Source: Epithemia pelagica (taxonomy: Eukaryota > Protista > Bacillariophyta). From it: a stretch of 64,000 bases of DNA. The DNA lies in contig OX337240.1 in NCBI GenBank assembly GCA_946965045.2, forward strand, positions 1,798,001 through 1,862,000, given 5' to 3'. Position numbers and translations under genes: made by a program. Below are positions 44,247-56,169 of this stretch, piece by piece (position 1 is the stretch's first letter; the number at the start of each line of letters is the position of its first letter). Under the pieces are notes generated by a model. It had not been told where the DNA came from and ran no database searches. It was given only the letters and a program-made list of their open reading frames with translations.

Positions 44247-45545
44247 ATGTCCTCGTGGTTCAATTCGTTGAAAGAGAGTGCGACCGCCTTCACAGAAAGT
44301 GCTGTCAAGGCAACGGAAAAGGCCGTGGAATCCATATCTCACGGTCCGGAGCAAGGCGGCGAGTCCCAGTCCAATGGTAGCAATCCTCTGGGAATGCTTC
44401 AAAAATTAACCTTATCATCTCCAGAATTTATGGCTGAACGGCAACAGTTGGACGAGCAAGAGAAACGAAAGGAACAAGTCCGAGATCAATTGGCTGGCTT
44501 GTTGCCATGGGAAACGCGGGATCCGGAACGAGATATATTGGTGGAAGAATGCAAAGAGGCCATTTTGCAATTGAGTGCCAAATCAGAAACCTTTTTTGGA
44601 CCGTTCGCCATGCCCAACAGCTATGAGGATACCGGAGCAGAGGGTGAGGACACCACCCCAAATAGTACAAGAAATGTAACAACGACACTCCCACCGAGTG
44701 CCGAGTCCTTGGAGCGCTTGTCCAAATTACAGCCCTTACCCAAACTGTTGTCCGACTTTGATTTGGACGCTCATGTTGGATTGATTCAAAGAGTGTTGGA
44801 GGTTGATCCGGCCTTGGTACATGCTCAATCGCAGTGGTCTGGGGGTGGTGCACGAGAGATTTTGTTTTGGAAGAATTACTTTTTTCACTGTGCCTTTAGT
44901 CGGTACGAAGCTGGCTTGAGTGTCGACGAAGTTTGGTCAGAAGAAGCTATTCAACGCAACGACCTGGAAAAACAACAACAATTAGAGGCCGAGAAAGCCA
45001 AGAAGAAAGCCAGTTTGCCGCAATCCTTGCAAGCCGCCACGAAATCCGTCATGACTCATTTGGCTGCCACCACCGCTGCCGCGGCGGAGGCTGTTACTGA
45101 CACCGTGGTCGAGTCGTCCATCACAAATGATCCGGAACATGAAATTTCGTTTGAGGCGGACAGTAATACAGAACCGGTCTCCAGTACCAGCAACGAAACA
45201 GCTACAGACCCGGCTACTGAGGAAGCCGCTAGTGGATCGGCAACGGCCGCTGGTTCTGAACCAGTATCATCAACGACGGGGCGTGAGGCAGCTCCCGAAA
45301 CTACAACAACTACACCGACGTCGGCGGATGCTTCTTCCACCGATTATGAATTGGTCGAAGACTCACAAGACTCTACTGGAGCAGCAGCTGCATCAGCACC
45401 CACTGTGAAAACAGAGAGCTTGGCGGTCTACGACAAGGACCAAGGGAATGAAGACGATGACGTGGTGGATTTGGCGGCAGTAGATTACGAGGATCCTGAA
45501 TTGGATGAATTGGAGGCAGAAATTGCTCGAGAATTGGAGGACTAA
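44247..45545 (+). CDS. BSD-domain protein
   Basis: DFDLDAHVGLIQRVLEVDPALV...EILFWKNYFFHC is a BSD motif; acidic C-terminus DELEAEIARELED. Confidence 0.85.
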   Translation: MSSWFNSLKESATAFTESAVKATEKAVESISHGPEQGGESQSNGSNPLGMLQKLTLSSPEFMAERQQLDEQEKRKEQVRDQLAGLLPWETRDPERDILVEECKEAILQLSAKSETFFGPFAMPNSYEDTGAEGEDTTPNSTRNVTTTLPPSAESLERLSKLQPLPKLLSDFDLDAHVGLIQRVLEVDPALVHAQSQWSGGGAREILFWKNYFFHCAFSRYEAGLSVDEVWSEEAIQRNDLEKQQQLEAEKAKKKASLPQSLQAATKSVMTHLAATTAAAAEAVTDTVVESSITNDPEHEISFEADSNTEPVSSTSNETATDPATEEAASGSATAAGSEPVSSTTGREAAPETTTTTPTSADASSTDYELVEDSQDSTGAAAASAPTVKTESLAVYDKDQGNEDDDVVDLAAVDYEDPELDELEAEIARELED

Positions 45546-47363
45546 GATGATGCGTTATATATGCGGAGCAAAGCCAAGACAAGGTACATCGCTCTCGCCA
45601 ACGATATCAGAAACCGGGAGGCACAAAGTGTCGTGGTACTCTATGCATATATATTCATTGAAAAACCTCATTTTCGAAAAGATCATGGTGGAATAAGAAT
45701 TTACGGTTACAATTACAATTCTATCCTGTATCTATGCTCTTTGTTGACGGAAAACGGACCGCTCTGCCGTTTGGAGTTAGATCTGAGAATGAGTGTTATT
45801 GTGTGACTACAACCTAAGACCTGACTACAACCTAAGACCTGTATCAAACCGATACAAAGCCGAGCAATGAGTTTCTTTTTTCTCTTCTTGACATCCAATG
45901 AGGAGAGTCTCACGACTTTCATCAATCGCCATGGTTGAGGCACAGAACGAATACCACGTACAATGAGGTAGAAGATCCCTCCGATTGCGGGGGTACCTCC
46001 CGTCTGCTGTCCATACGGTTATTCCCAAATTTTCCTAAAAATGTAAAAATTATTTCTTTCAAATTTCTTTTGATTTAGCACATTATTATAACGTCCAAGC
46101 CAACTGTAATTGTGTAGCCGCTTGCGCTCATGAATGGGGAAACAGGAACCGTGAGCCGTGAGACTTGACGAGACATGCACTGAGAAATCCACAAGCCCAT
46201 TTTGTACTCTAAAGTCTATACTGTTTCAGAAGCGAGTACTCTTTACGTAGTAGTGGATCAAGCTTCACGGAATCATCACACACACACCATGAAATACACA
46301 CACATGGTGCAACACAAGCTCCTGGCACTTTGTCTATGGGAAAGAGAAAAGCATAGTCCACTACTAGTTTAGGCTTCCTGCTTCCTGGGCTTACATACCC
46401 CATGATGACGCTGTCAAACCTTCGCTTCATCATTGCAGTGGTTGATTGTTCATTGCAGTGGTTGATTGTCATGTTTCATGTTGTCATCCTTCCTTTGATG
46501 TATTCCGCCTTCACCTGTGATCTAGGTGGATGGTTTTGGCCATAAAGTTGTCACTGTGGTCGTTCGTACGGCTGGATGGTTTTCTTTTGGTTTTTGGTGT
46601 GCTCATGGTCGTCTTTTGTGGTGTTGCTCGAAAAGTGAGACGATTCCTGGCCCTTGTGCCAGCAATACAAGGCGTGACCGGCGCGTCTATTTCGAACGAT
46701 CGAAGGGAGGCTGGCGATGTCACCCGGCTGGCGCTTTGGGAAAAAATACGAGACAATTTTTTTCCTTTCGGATGACGGACGAACAAAGGTACCCCCCCAA
46801 ACGCACCCTTATCAAAAGCCCGCGGTGTGACTAACATGCTGTGGGGCTAGGTCGTCTTTCGACCATGGCCGTATCATTCGTTCTTTCCTTTTCACCATTG
46901 TCGATGCTTTTTTCGGAAGATCGGAAATACACTACGAGTACGAGTACTCTATGTGGGCTGGACTGTGCCATGTTGTACGCCCGACGTGCTCGCGTGACAG
47001 ACATTCGTTGGGCCTCCCCCAAAATCACAAAAACTGGCAGGACTCGTTAATTGTAGCTCCCCAAGACATTTCTCCCGTCACGATCCCAACACGTAAAAAT
47101 TGTTGGGAACTATGTGCCGCCAGCCAACCTCGTTGGGCCCACTAATGTCCTTTGACAACACAACACTATAATCACGGGCTTTTTGTCTCTGTAGAATACT
47201 TGCTCGTGTGACCTGATCCTTTGATTTGGTGCATCTACTTTAAAAATTAATTGGCTCGTTGTTCTTTTGGATTGGGCGGGCAGCTGAGACTTACTGCGTG
47301 AAAGCACTTTCCATCACCAATTCACAACAGTCATCTACTTTACGCTATCAACCAACTCTCGTC

Positions 47364-50191
47364 ATGTCTGGAGACAATCCTTTTGACGATGACTCTGACT
47401 CTCTTCGGGATCCTGACAGCGATCCACCGAGTTCGGATTTTCATCCCCACAAGGAACATTTGTGCCGTAATCGACACAATAGCTTTGCGTGTAGCAATCA
47501 AGATGGATTGTTTGCAGTTGCTTGTGGTCTAGCCATGGGCCTTTTCGCTCTCTTGTTTGGTTTGTACCTAATACGTCGTGTACGTGGAAATAGATTGATG
47601 TTGGTATTGCTGTCGTCTGCACCCCATATGACTTGGTTGTGAAGACGATGCCTGTCGTGTCCTCGAACATTTGTGTTGCTGACAATTGACAGCATGGTTC
47701 CCCAGTCGATACTCATGAGTTACTGTTCTTTTCTTCTGTCTTGTCGCTTTGACTATAAATGCTGTTGTTCATTCCACAGGTGAAGCAACATCCTCGAGGC
47801 AACGATACCATGAATTGCATTTCCGATAAGATTCAATCGGGTGCAAGGGCATTTTTGCGCACCCAATATCAATCGGTGGCTTTGTTTGTGGTGGTAGTCT
47901 ACATAGGCTTGCTGGTTTTGTATACCATGGACCATCCAACCACCAGCAACGATGCGAAAGATGGAGCACGGTATAGTTCCTCCTTTTTGTGTGGTGCCTT
48001 CTTGTCAGCAGTGGCAGGATGGCGGAGCATGGCCGTGGCGACCGATGCCAACGTCCGAACGACTCAGGCAGCCAAAGAAAAGGGCCTCTCCGGTGCGTTG
48101 CGAGTGGCATTTGCTGGTGGAGCCGTGACAGGCTTTACAGTTGTGGGTTTGGGGTTGTTTGGATTGTCCATTATGTATTGGTTCCTGACATTGGGATACC
48201 AACATGAAGACAATGAACGCATTGTACTAAAGGAAGCAGCCAAATCCATTGCCGGATTCGGATTTGGTGCATCTAGTGTGGCGCTGTTTGCGCGTGTCGC
48301 CGGTGGGATTTTTACCAAGGCAGCCGATGTCGGCGCGGATTTGGTAGGAAAACTCGAATTGGAGATTGACGAAGACGATCCACGCAATCCAGCCGTCATT
48401 GCGGACAATGTCGGTGACAATGTCGGTGATGTCGCTGGAATGGGAGCCGATCTATTTGAATCCTTTGTACGTCGACATGGTTTGAACTACCAGCCAAACA
48501 TTTGCTGCTTTGTCTTACACATGGACTTTCTTGACAGGTGGGTTCCATTATTGCCGCCTTGAGTTTGTCGGATGGTAGTATTCAAACGATCATGCTCCCC
48601 TTTTGGATTGGTGGTGCTGGAACGCTAGCATCCATGATTGGCTACTTTGCTGTGGGAATCGGTGAACAAAGAGATGGGTCAAGTTTGTCCCAAAAGCGTC
48701 TCTTGAGATCCTTGAACAAGGGGATCTGGGTCACCTCTACTGTAGCAGTTATCCTGTATGCGATTATTGTCCATTTCATTTTTGAAGGCCATGAAACCTT
48801 TGCATGGTATATCTTGGCCTGCATTTGCATGGGTCTGCTTTCTGGAATTGCCATCGGCAAGGTATGACTTCGTTTGCTTGTCTGCGTTTATGCTGAAATC
48901 CTCGAAGAGCCTAATAAACATTGTGGTGGTCCGAGAATGTGATACAACTCTAACACATTTCTTTTTAACATCACCTCTCATTCAGGTCACTGAATATTTC
49001 ACCAGTTATTCATACTGGCCAACTCAGTCCATTGCTCAGGCAGGAATTACCGGTCCAGCAACTGTAGTTATCCAAGGATTGGGAATAGGCATGATTTCAA
49101 CTGTTATCCCCACCATTATATTGGTCGCGACTATTTTGACATGCAATGCATTTAGTGGAGACTATGGCGTTGCCATGGCGGCTGTGGGTATGCTTAGTAC
49201 CTTGGGTCTCACATTGGCGACAGATGCCTTCGGGCCCATTGCCGACAATGCCGGGGGCATTGCCGAAATGGCCAACCTGGACAAACGCGTCCGAAAAACG
49301 ACTGATGCGTTGGACGCCATGGGAAACACAACTGCGGCGACGGGAAAAGGTTTCGCCATTGCATCGGCAGTACTAACGGCTCTCTCCCTCATGGCGGCAT
49401 TTGAAGAAGCTGCTGGAATTGAGAAGAATGGAATTTTGTTGGATTTAGGTGACCCCGTGGTGTTTTCGGGTGTTATGATTGGTGCGGTACTACCGTTTTT
49501 GTTTGCTGCTCTGACGATGCTATCCGTTCAAAAAGCGGCAGGGGCAATGATTGTGGAAGTGCGTAGGCAGTTTGCACAGATTCCTGGCTTAATGGAGGGT
49601 GAATCGGAACCAGATTCAGACAAGTGTGTTGCCATTTCCACACAATCGTCAATCAGAGAAATGATCTTGCCGGGCATGTACGCCATTTTGTCACCGGTTA
49701 CAGTGGGATTTCTTGTTGGACCACGTTGTCTAACTGGTCTCCTGGGTGGATCGATTGCTTCGGGTATGATGTTGGCCATTATGATGTCCAATGCCGGTGG
49801 GGCATGGGACAATGCCAAGAAATACATTGAGAATGAGGGAGCACGTGGCGGGAAAGGTACCGATTCCCACAAGGCATGTGTGGTGGGAGACACTGTGGGT
49901 GACCCTTTCAAGGATACTGCCGGACCATCAGTGAACATTCTTATCAAACTCATGAGCATTGTATCCTTAACTGTGGCACCGCTCATGAAGAACTACGACG
50001 ACGATTGGAAGTACTGGTCCTATGGAATGATCCCTCTGAGTGCCATGGTATTCGGAACTTTGCTTTTATACTGCTTATACTGGAGAGATACTTATGACCT
50101 AGCTCTTGACATGGTGAAGAAAGGAGAGCTGTCGGTGAAAGACGATGAACTCGAGGACTTGAAGATGGATCAAGATGGTGAATACGTATAG
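47364..50191 (+). CDS. hppA: Membrane-bound ion-translocating pyrophosphatase, K+-dependent, Na+-PPase-like signature (copy 2, multi-exon)
   Basis: Same catalytic motifs as copy 1 ([32 protein letters not shown]); introns from 47580 (GTACGT) to 47779, after FESFV and after GKV. Confidence 0.92.
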
Positions 50192-50878
50192 ATAGAGCGT
50201 CAATGAATGTGGAATTTGAACATCTGACTGGATTTTGGTGTTCTCACGTCCGATTATGATCGATGTGTAAATTCTGGTGGCGCCATTACAATCCATTGGT
50301 GCAAAGTCGTTGCAGTAGATCACAGATCACTGTGTTTCGAATGCAACTGAAGTTTGCACATGTGCTTGCATCTTTGAATAAAACGCGAAAGCTATCATAT
50401 CAGTTAGGTCAATGCTTCTTGACAAACTAGTCCTAGGAGCACTCTCATACTCATGCCTCTCTCTCTGCTCTACCTAGAGGTTATAAGTAGGAATAGATAG
50501 TAGGAGTAGTAATACTCTCTAGCGTGGAAGGGGCAACAGTTCATCTGCGACTGTCCAAAATCTGATAATTGTGACTTCAACGAGCGATGTTCCACGCCGC
50601 CTGACAGAACAAAAAGAAAAAGCGTCAAGACAGACGGCAATCGTCCCGAATGTTCTGAAGGCAGATGTCCACGCAGACAGTCGAATGTCGAATAGATTCT
50701 TTCAAGACAGAGATCTCTACACGCGTCTGTCTGCCTTTTATTGCACCCACCCACCACAATCAATCATCGTCCCATTGCATCCATAGTTTGCTTGATTTGA
50801 CTCAAGATAACGCAACAGTTCGCTTGCATTCTTTCGGCACTTGCTTCTTTACGTACCGTCCAAAAATCCAGATTCATC

Positions 50879-51229
50879 ATGCGTAGCGCTGTTGTGAAAG
50901 CTGTCTCCCGGTACGTAAAGGCGTGTGCGTTTGACGATACCAAACTTGGTGACATCTCCCTCATTGATATATCTTGTTTCTTTTACAGGGTTCCGGTCCG
51001 CAACTTTTCCTCCAAGTCCCCAGAAATCTCGACAACTTTCTTGACGATGGAACATGGAAAGACATTTACCCAGAAATATTTGAGTGATAGCAGTACCTAT
51101 CCGTTGATGGTCTGTGTGGCGTTTGGAGGATTCTTGGGAGTTGGTATGGTGGTGAAGTGCATGGTTGAAAGTCCCGATATCCGCATCAGCTCTCACAAGA
51201 AGAACAGTTTTATGCGTGACTGGAAATAG
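50879..51229 (+). CDS. B12D/NDUFA4-like small mitochondrial membrane protein
   Basis: LSDSSTYPLM-TM-SPDIRISSHKK; presequence-like N-terminus; in-frame 78-bp intron 50911-50988 (GTACGT...TTACAG). Confidence 0.7.
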   Translation: MRSAVVKAVSRYVKACAFDDTKLGDISLIDISCFFYRVPVRNFSSKSPEISTTFLTMEHGKTFTQKYLSDSSTYPLMVCVAFGGFLGVGMVVKCMVESPDIRISSHKKNSFMRDWK

Positions 51230-51573
51230 ACAATGTAATGGAGAGGAGTAGAATCAAATATCATTTATTATTGTTCACGTTATGGATAATACCATGATAC
51301 TTGACTATATTTCTGCATGATGAGAGGCTTGTCGAAAGCCATGATGCCTCGTCCACTCACTCATCCCCGTGTACACTCGTTGCTGGCCAATCGATGGAAC
51401 CCATTGGACGCATCATTCTCGAAATAGGCTTCCTTCTTTGGAAATCCACAAGAGACCTGTCATAAAAAAAGGTATCCATAATCCATCGTCAATTGCGATG
51501 TCTGCATGGAACAAACAGATGCCTTCTTTCTCCAATGAAATTTCAAAGCTCAAAATTCCACGCGAGGCAAAAA

Positions 51574-51646
51574 TTCCCGTACCGGGACTCGAACCCGGGT
51601 ATCCTGCGTGAGAGGCAAGTATGCTAACCACCTACATCATACGGGA
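51574..51646 (-). tRNA. trnE-CTC: tRNA-Glu (anticodon CTC)
   Basis: Acceptor stem TCCCGTA/TACGGGA; anticodon arm CTTGC-CTCTCAC-GCAGG; T-arm CCGGG-TTCGAGT-CCCGG; T5 Pol III terminator immediately downstream. Confidence 0.95.
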
Positions 51647-51896
51647 CCGTCAAGAGATGGGCTACATTTAATATAACTCTTTCGTACTAAGTTTCGGATT
51701 TATATGTTGCCATTATTTCTCGAATATTCGAATATGCAAAGTGCGAAGACGTCAAGCTACGAAATCACCGAAGTCTTTCTGATTGGCCCGATGACGTTTT
51801 CCTAGATAAAATGCTAGTTATGATCACAAGTACCGAAGATAACAATGCAATTATTTTATGCCTCGCATGGTTGCTGTCCACTGTCTGTAACATGCT

Positions 51897-53123
51897 TCAC
51901 AGAGAATCGGGAGGCCGGATTGGAACAGGTTCCATCCAGGACAGATCAGCCGGTTCTATTGAATCTTCTGTGTACCCAAATGCTCGGTCCAACAACGCGA
52001 TAAGTGACGATTCTGCTTTACCTGCTTCGACGTTACTGGAGCTTAATGGCACGTCTACGTTGACACTCGGAGTATCGAAAACATCATGGAACGACGAAGC
52101 TACCGCTGGAGAGTTCGAATGTCTGCTGTTCGTGAGGAACGCTCTTTCGTTAGGCAAAGGAGGTAACTCCTCCCGAGTCCTATGTCTTATTGGACTGTGA
52201 TGCTTGAACCATGGGCAGCAAGTGAGAGCCTGATGTGTGGTCGCTGAAGGAAAAGGGAGCATCGCCTTGACCCCAGTGTATTGCTGTGAAAAGTTCTTCA
52301 TGAACGAAACATCATCAAGAGAAAGCAATTGATTTGGAGCAGATGTAGTGCCCATCTCATGTGGTACTTCTCTTTGAATTGCTTCATTCACTGGTGGCCA
52401 GCTCCATGCTGAGACAACTGTATCCACGTAGTTCTCCCTCGGATTAACGGTCTCGAAGGGATGCTTGTTCGGAAGCGCAGGGAAAGAAGCTTTGTCCACC
52501 TGGAGAGATGAACTGGTCGAATCGGGCAGCAAGAGAGGGCTTTCCGTTCTGTGTGGTTGACCATCGTTTGGGCATTGGCTCTTTCGATTTAACTGTTTGC
52601 GTGCCTTGTCCGACCTTCGTAGGTATTCATCCATTTCCACTTTGTACCGCTCGGCCTCCACCGCCGCCAGACTTTTAAGGCGCTGGAGCTCTTGGGGGTC
52701 AATGTTTTTCCACAGGACGCCAATGATTTTCGCAAGCTCTTCGAATGAAATCTTTGCCTTTTTGATCCTACGGCGTGCAATATTGGTGGTTTGCTGTGCT
52801 CGCAGTTGTTCTGTACGTTCATTGACAATGCGCTCCCGTTGCTCTTTGAAGAAAAGATTGTATGCAGAGAGTGGCCGCCGTGGCATTCCATCGGGCTTCT
52901 TAGCTCTGGTCTTTTTGCAAGATCTTGCTCCTTTCACAGGTAGATCTTTGTTGACACTCTGCCTACCCAGAGACGTCGATTGAGCAAGATCTCGCTGTTC
53001 GAAAGAGTCCAGCCATGACTCGTCCCATACTTTCTTTTTACTCTGCACTTCAGTCAATTCGAAATCAAACAGAACGCTGTCTTCGGCTTTTACGGGCTTT
53101 GATTTCATCTTCTCTCCGTCCAT
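51897..53123 (-). CDS. HMG-box transcription factor (copy 1)
   Basis: [16 protein letters not shown]...[15 protein letters not shown]...[10 protein letters not shown]. Confidence 0.9.
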   Translation of the reverse strand: MDGEKMKSKPVKAEDSVLFDFELTEVQSKKKVWDESWLDSFEQRDLAQSTSLGRQSVNKDLPVKGARSCKKTRAKKPDGMPRRPLSAYNLFFKEQRERIVNERTEQLRAQQTTNIARRRIKKAKISFEELAKIIGVLWKNIDPQELQRLKSLAAVEAERYKVEMDEYLRRSDKARKQLNRKSQCPNDGQPHRTESPLLLPDSTSSSLQVDKASFPALPNKHPFETVNPRENYVDTVVSAWSWPPVNEAIQREVPHEMGTTSAPNQLLSLDDVSFMKNFSQQYTGVKAMLPFPSATTHQALTCCPWFKHHSPIRHRTREELPPLPNERAFLTNSRHSNSPAVASSFHDVFDTPSVNVDVPLSSSNVEAGKAESSLIALLDRAFGYTEDSIEPADLSWMEPVPIRPPDSL

Positions 53124-53682
53124 AAGCGATCAGTCTCTTTTCTCTTCTGGATTTTGTGTGTTCAGTGCTGCTGGCAGGCGACTGTAAAAGTCAGTGGCGG
53201 ATATGCTTCTCGGGTTCTGTATGCAGCAAATTCAAAACCGCAATCGCAGTACCGTGACATCACCGCAAGCGCCCACCAGATGCCACGTCACGTCCCAGTC
53301 ATTTCAAAACAGTTTCTGCTACTATCCATCGCTTACTGTTTAGGAAATTTCTTATGAATAGTCATTCGAAGTTACCGTAGTGATGGGGTGTATCTGATCC
53401 CAAAGGATTTCTAGTCATCACAACGGTCAACGGTCCTTTTGGAGGGTTCGCGATGGACGGAAAATGACTCGAAGCGACACCATCAATTATCAAGGATGGG
53501 AGATGCGACATTTCGATCCTATCCGGTATCCTTTTGGGCAGCATGTTGAAATAATAATAGAAAAGTGAAGACAGTACTCGTAGGAACCACGATGAATTCT
53601 GGTAATGGAAAATGGAACATCGAACGAAGAAGAGGAGGAAGAGAGTCGAAAAAATGGGATTGTGCAAAGTACGATAATCTTT

Positions 53683-54660
53683 TTATTTCAAAGCTATCCA
53701 GCCCGTTTTAAGCTCCAGTTCTGTTTCTCTTTTGACCCCGAGTTTGATCGCCACCAACATGGCCACCAAGTCCTCGTTGGGAGCCACCGCGACGAGAACC
53801 GCCAGTGCCACGGCCGCTACCTCCACCGCGAGCTGACGATGGTGGGGGCAAAGTCTCATAAACATCTTGCACGGTTCGACGTGCAAGGGAATTCCACATC
53901 GATCAAAACACTGAACGTAGGACGGCTCGACATCAGCAATATAAAGTGATTCCCAGCTTTGGTACCGTGACGGACATGACAGATTGTAGCTACTGAAGGT
54001 ACAGTGGTTGGTTGTTATGATGGATTTGTCGTTCATGGAGGAATAATTAGTGCCGCGAATTAATGTCGCATTCGCTACTCGAACCTGAAGGCGGTCCCGA
54101 AATGCTCTTAAAGCGACTCTCCCGTGTTCATGAAAGAAATCTTCGAGACGGCTAATATTTTTTTCGTCAGGGTGAAGAATAACCTGTACCGTCTTGTCTG
54201 CGCCGTGGTGAAGAATAAGGTCAATGGCATACGGATCGGTAAGCATGTAGCAATAGATTCGAACGGTCGATCGCACCGGTGCTTGAGACAACACCCATGC
54301 TAGAGCACGCAATGGGTGACGGGCAGGGTCACTTGAAGGTTGTGTGCCGCGAGGTCTTGGCGAAAAAGGCACGGCCCGCAGCCAACTCAATTCCATCGTG
54401 AAGAGTGCTCAGTCGTTGATCGAACCAACCATCTCCTATGATTTCTGGTGTTACGGATTCGTAGTACTCACGTACATCATCATCACATCCGTCTTCTGCT
54501 CAAAATTGAGCGTCATAGCCACCGCCATCACTGTCGTCGCCCATCGTCACATGCTCGCTGTTGTTGCTGCGGCTGCTGTCTGTCATGTTTGCACATTGCT
54601 CAACACTTTACCTCCAAGCAGGGGTGAGTCCAGGTCGCACATAGGTCGTACCTAAAGGTA
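53683..54660 (-). pseudogene. Degenerate PLD-superfamily (single HKD, Zucchini/MitoPLD-like) gene
   Basis: VRIYCYMLTDPYAIDLI and SMNDKSIITTNHCTFSSYNLS (HxKxxxxD...GSxN with H, D and G altered); N- and C-terminal parts lie in other frames. Confidence 0.55.
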
Positions 54661-56169
54661 CATCTGTATACGGATGCACATCGTGCATCCAGTCACGCGT
54701 GACTGACTCACCCCTGCTTGGGGGTACTCAACACTTGTACAATCAACAGCAATTTCCGGGTTCTGATCCCATTTGGTCGCACAACGAGAAAACTTTTTGG
54801 GTGGTCTTCTTGCTTCTTGTGTATTCGGTATTCGGCATTCGCCTAAACTTGCTGTCCTCAATGAAGCCAACGTCTCTGCCTGCACAAAAAGGGAAGGCTA
54901 TTAGATGAGTGAAAACCAAAAAAGTAACCCATCAAGTACCAAGAGCCCAGCCTCTAAGGTTACCTGGAGTTGTTCATTTTGCTGCTCGCTGAGAGGAACA
55001 GCCAGATGATTTGTAGGGTTCCCTCACAATTGCAGGATTACGGATTACGATAGGATGGTTTCTCCCATCTTACCCAGGGTAAACCCAGGTACGGGCACCG
55101 TAGAATCCAAACTTCGAATTGAGAGTCTCGGGAATGGTGGGAAGTGGAAAGTGGGAATGCATGAGAAGCAGTCGCAAATTAGTGGTCTGTAACCTCAGCC
55201 TCAGCGAGCCTACATGACCACTTGTTGCGGGATCGGGATGAAAGCATGCGCGGATGTTTAAGCGCCATCCTGGTCTTGGGGGACGATTGCTGCTGCGAGC
55301 ATTCAAAGATGGTTTCTGATTGGGGAAAGAGGAGAACGTTCGAGGTCGGACTCTGAAAATAATAGTACCACTATAGAGATTATTTGTAGCTACTTGGCGG
55401 TATTGGACAAGACTCTTCTGTGCCGTGGTTTGTTCAGTCTTGGGGCAATAATAACTTGCTTTATATGCTTTCGTCAGAGCGTTGACGTGAAGAGCGCTCC
55501 ACAGATACTGTCTCACTTTTTCAATGAAGAGGTCAACATGTCGGTTCTTCTCCAATGATTTGCTTTGAAGTGTTCCTGCAGGACGGCTTCCAGCGAACGA
55601 TTCATGCTTTGTCAGAACGTTGACGTGAAGAGCGCTTGACAGATGCTGTGTATTTTTGTGTTGTGAAGACCAACATCTTGATGGAAAAGAAAATGATACC
55701 GTACAGCTTTCTGCATTCCTGCATGGATTCCGTTGCGATGATCTTCTTCCAGACCAAGCAGATGGCTTAGAAAGAGGAGACAATGTAAGTTCAAAACACT
55801 TTTGGCTGAAACCCTGGTCGCCTCATCATTCTGTTCAGATTCTACCAATTGAAGAAGTTGCTACAGGAACCTCTGCTGGTAAGAAGTAAAATGACACTAC
55901 GCACAGCGATGATGAGGTCCACAAAATGTCGACCCGTTAACGGCACCATGATGGAAATTTGATTTATTCAAGGTTATATGGACATTGATAACAAGAAAAC
56001 AAGCGCCAGGCTGCTTGGCAGTCTTGTACTGTGTGGTCTGTAAGAACTCCGATTGAGTCGAAGACATGGCGGAGTTGAAACGAGATTTCGAGGCTTAACA
56101 AAACGAAGAGGCAAGTGGGCACACTTCTGCGAATTTCGCCTATTCAAAAATTCGGAGGATATACTTTGT

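Noticed and set aside
45805-46470. 18-bp and 20-bp tandem duplications (45805-45841; 46430-46470)
   Set aside because: Simple slippage-type duplications in intergenic DNA with no further structure.
45989-46796. MITE bounded by GGGGGTACCT / AGGTACCCCC
   Set aside because: Only a 10-bp inverted match, no TSD and weak internal symmetry; may be chance or a very old relic.
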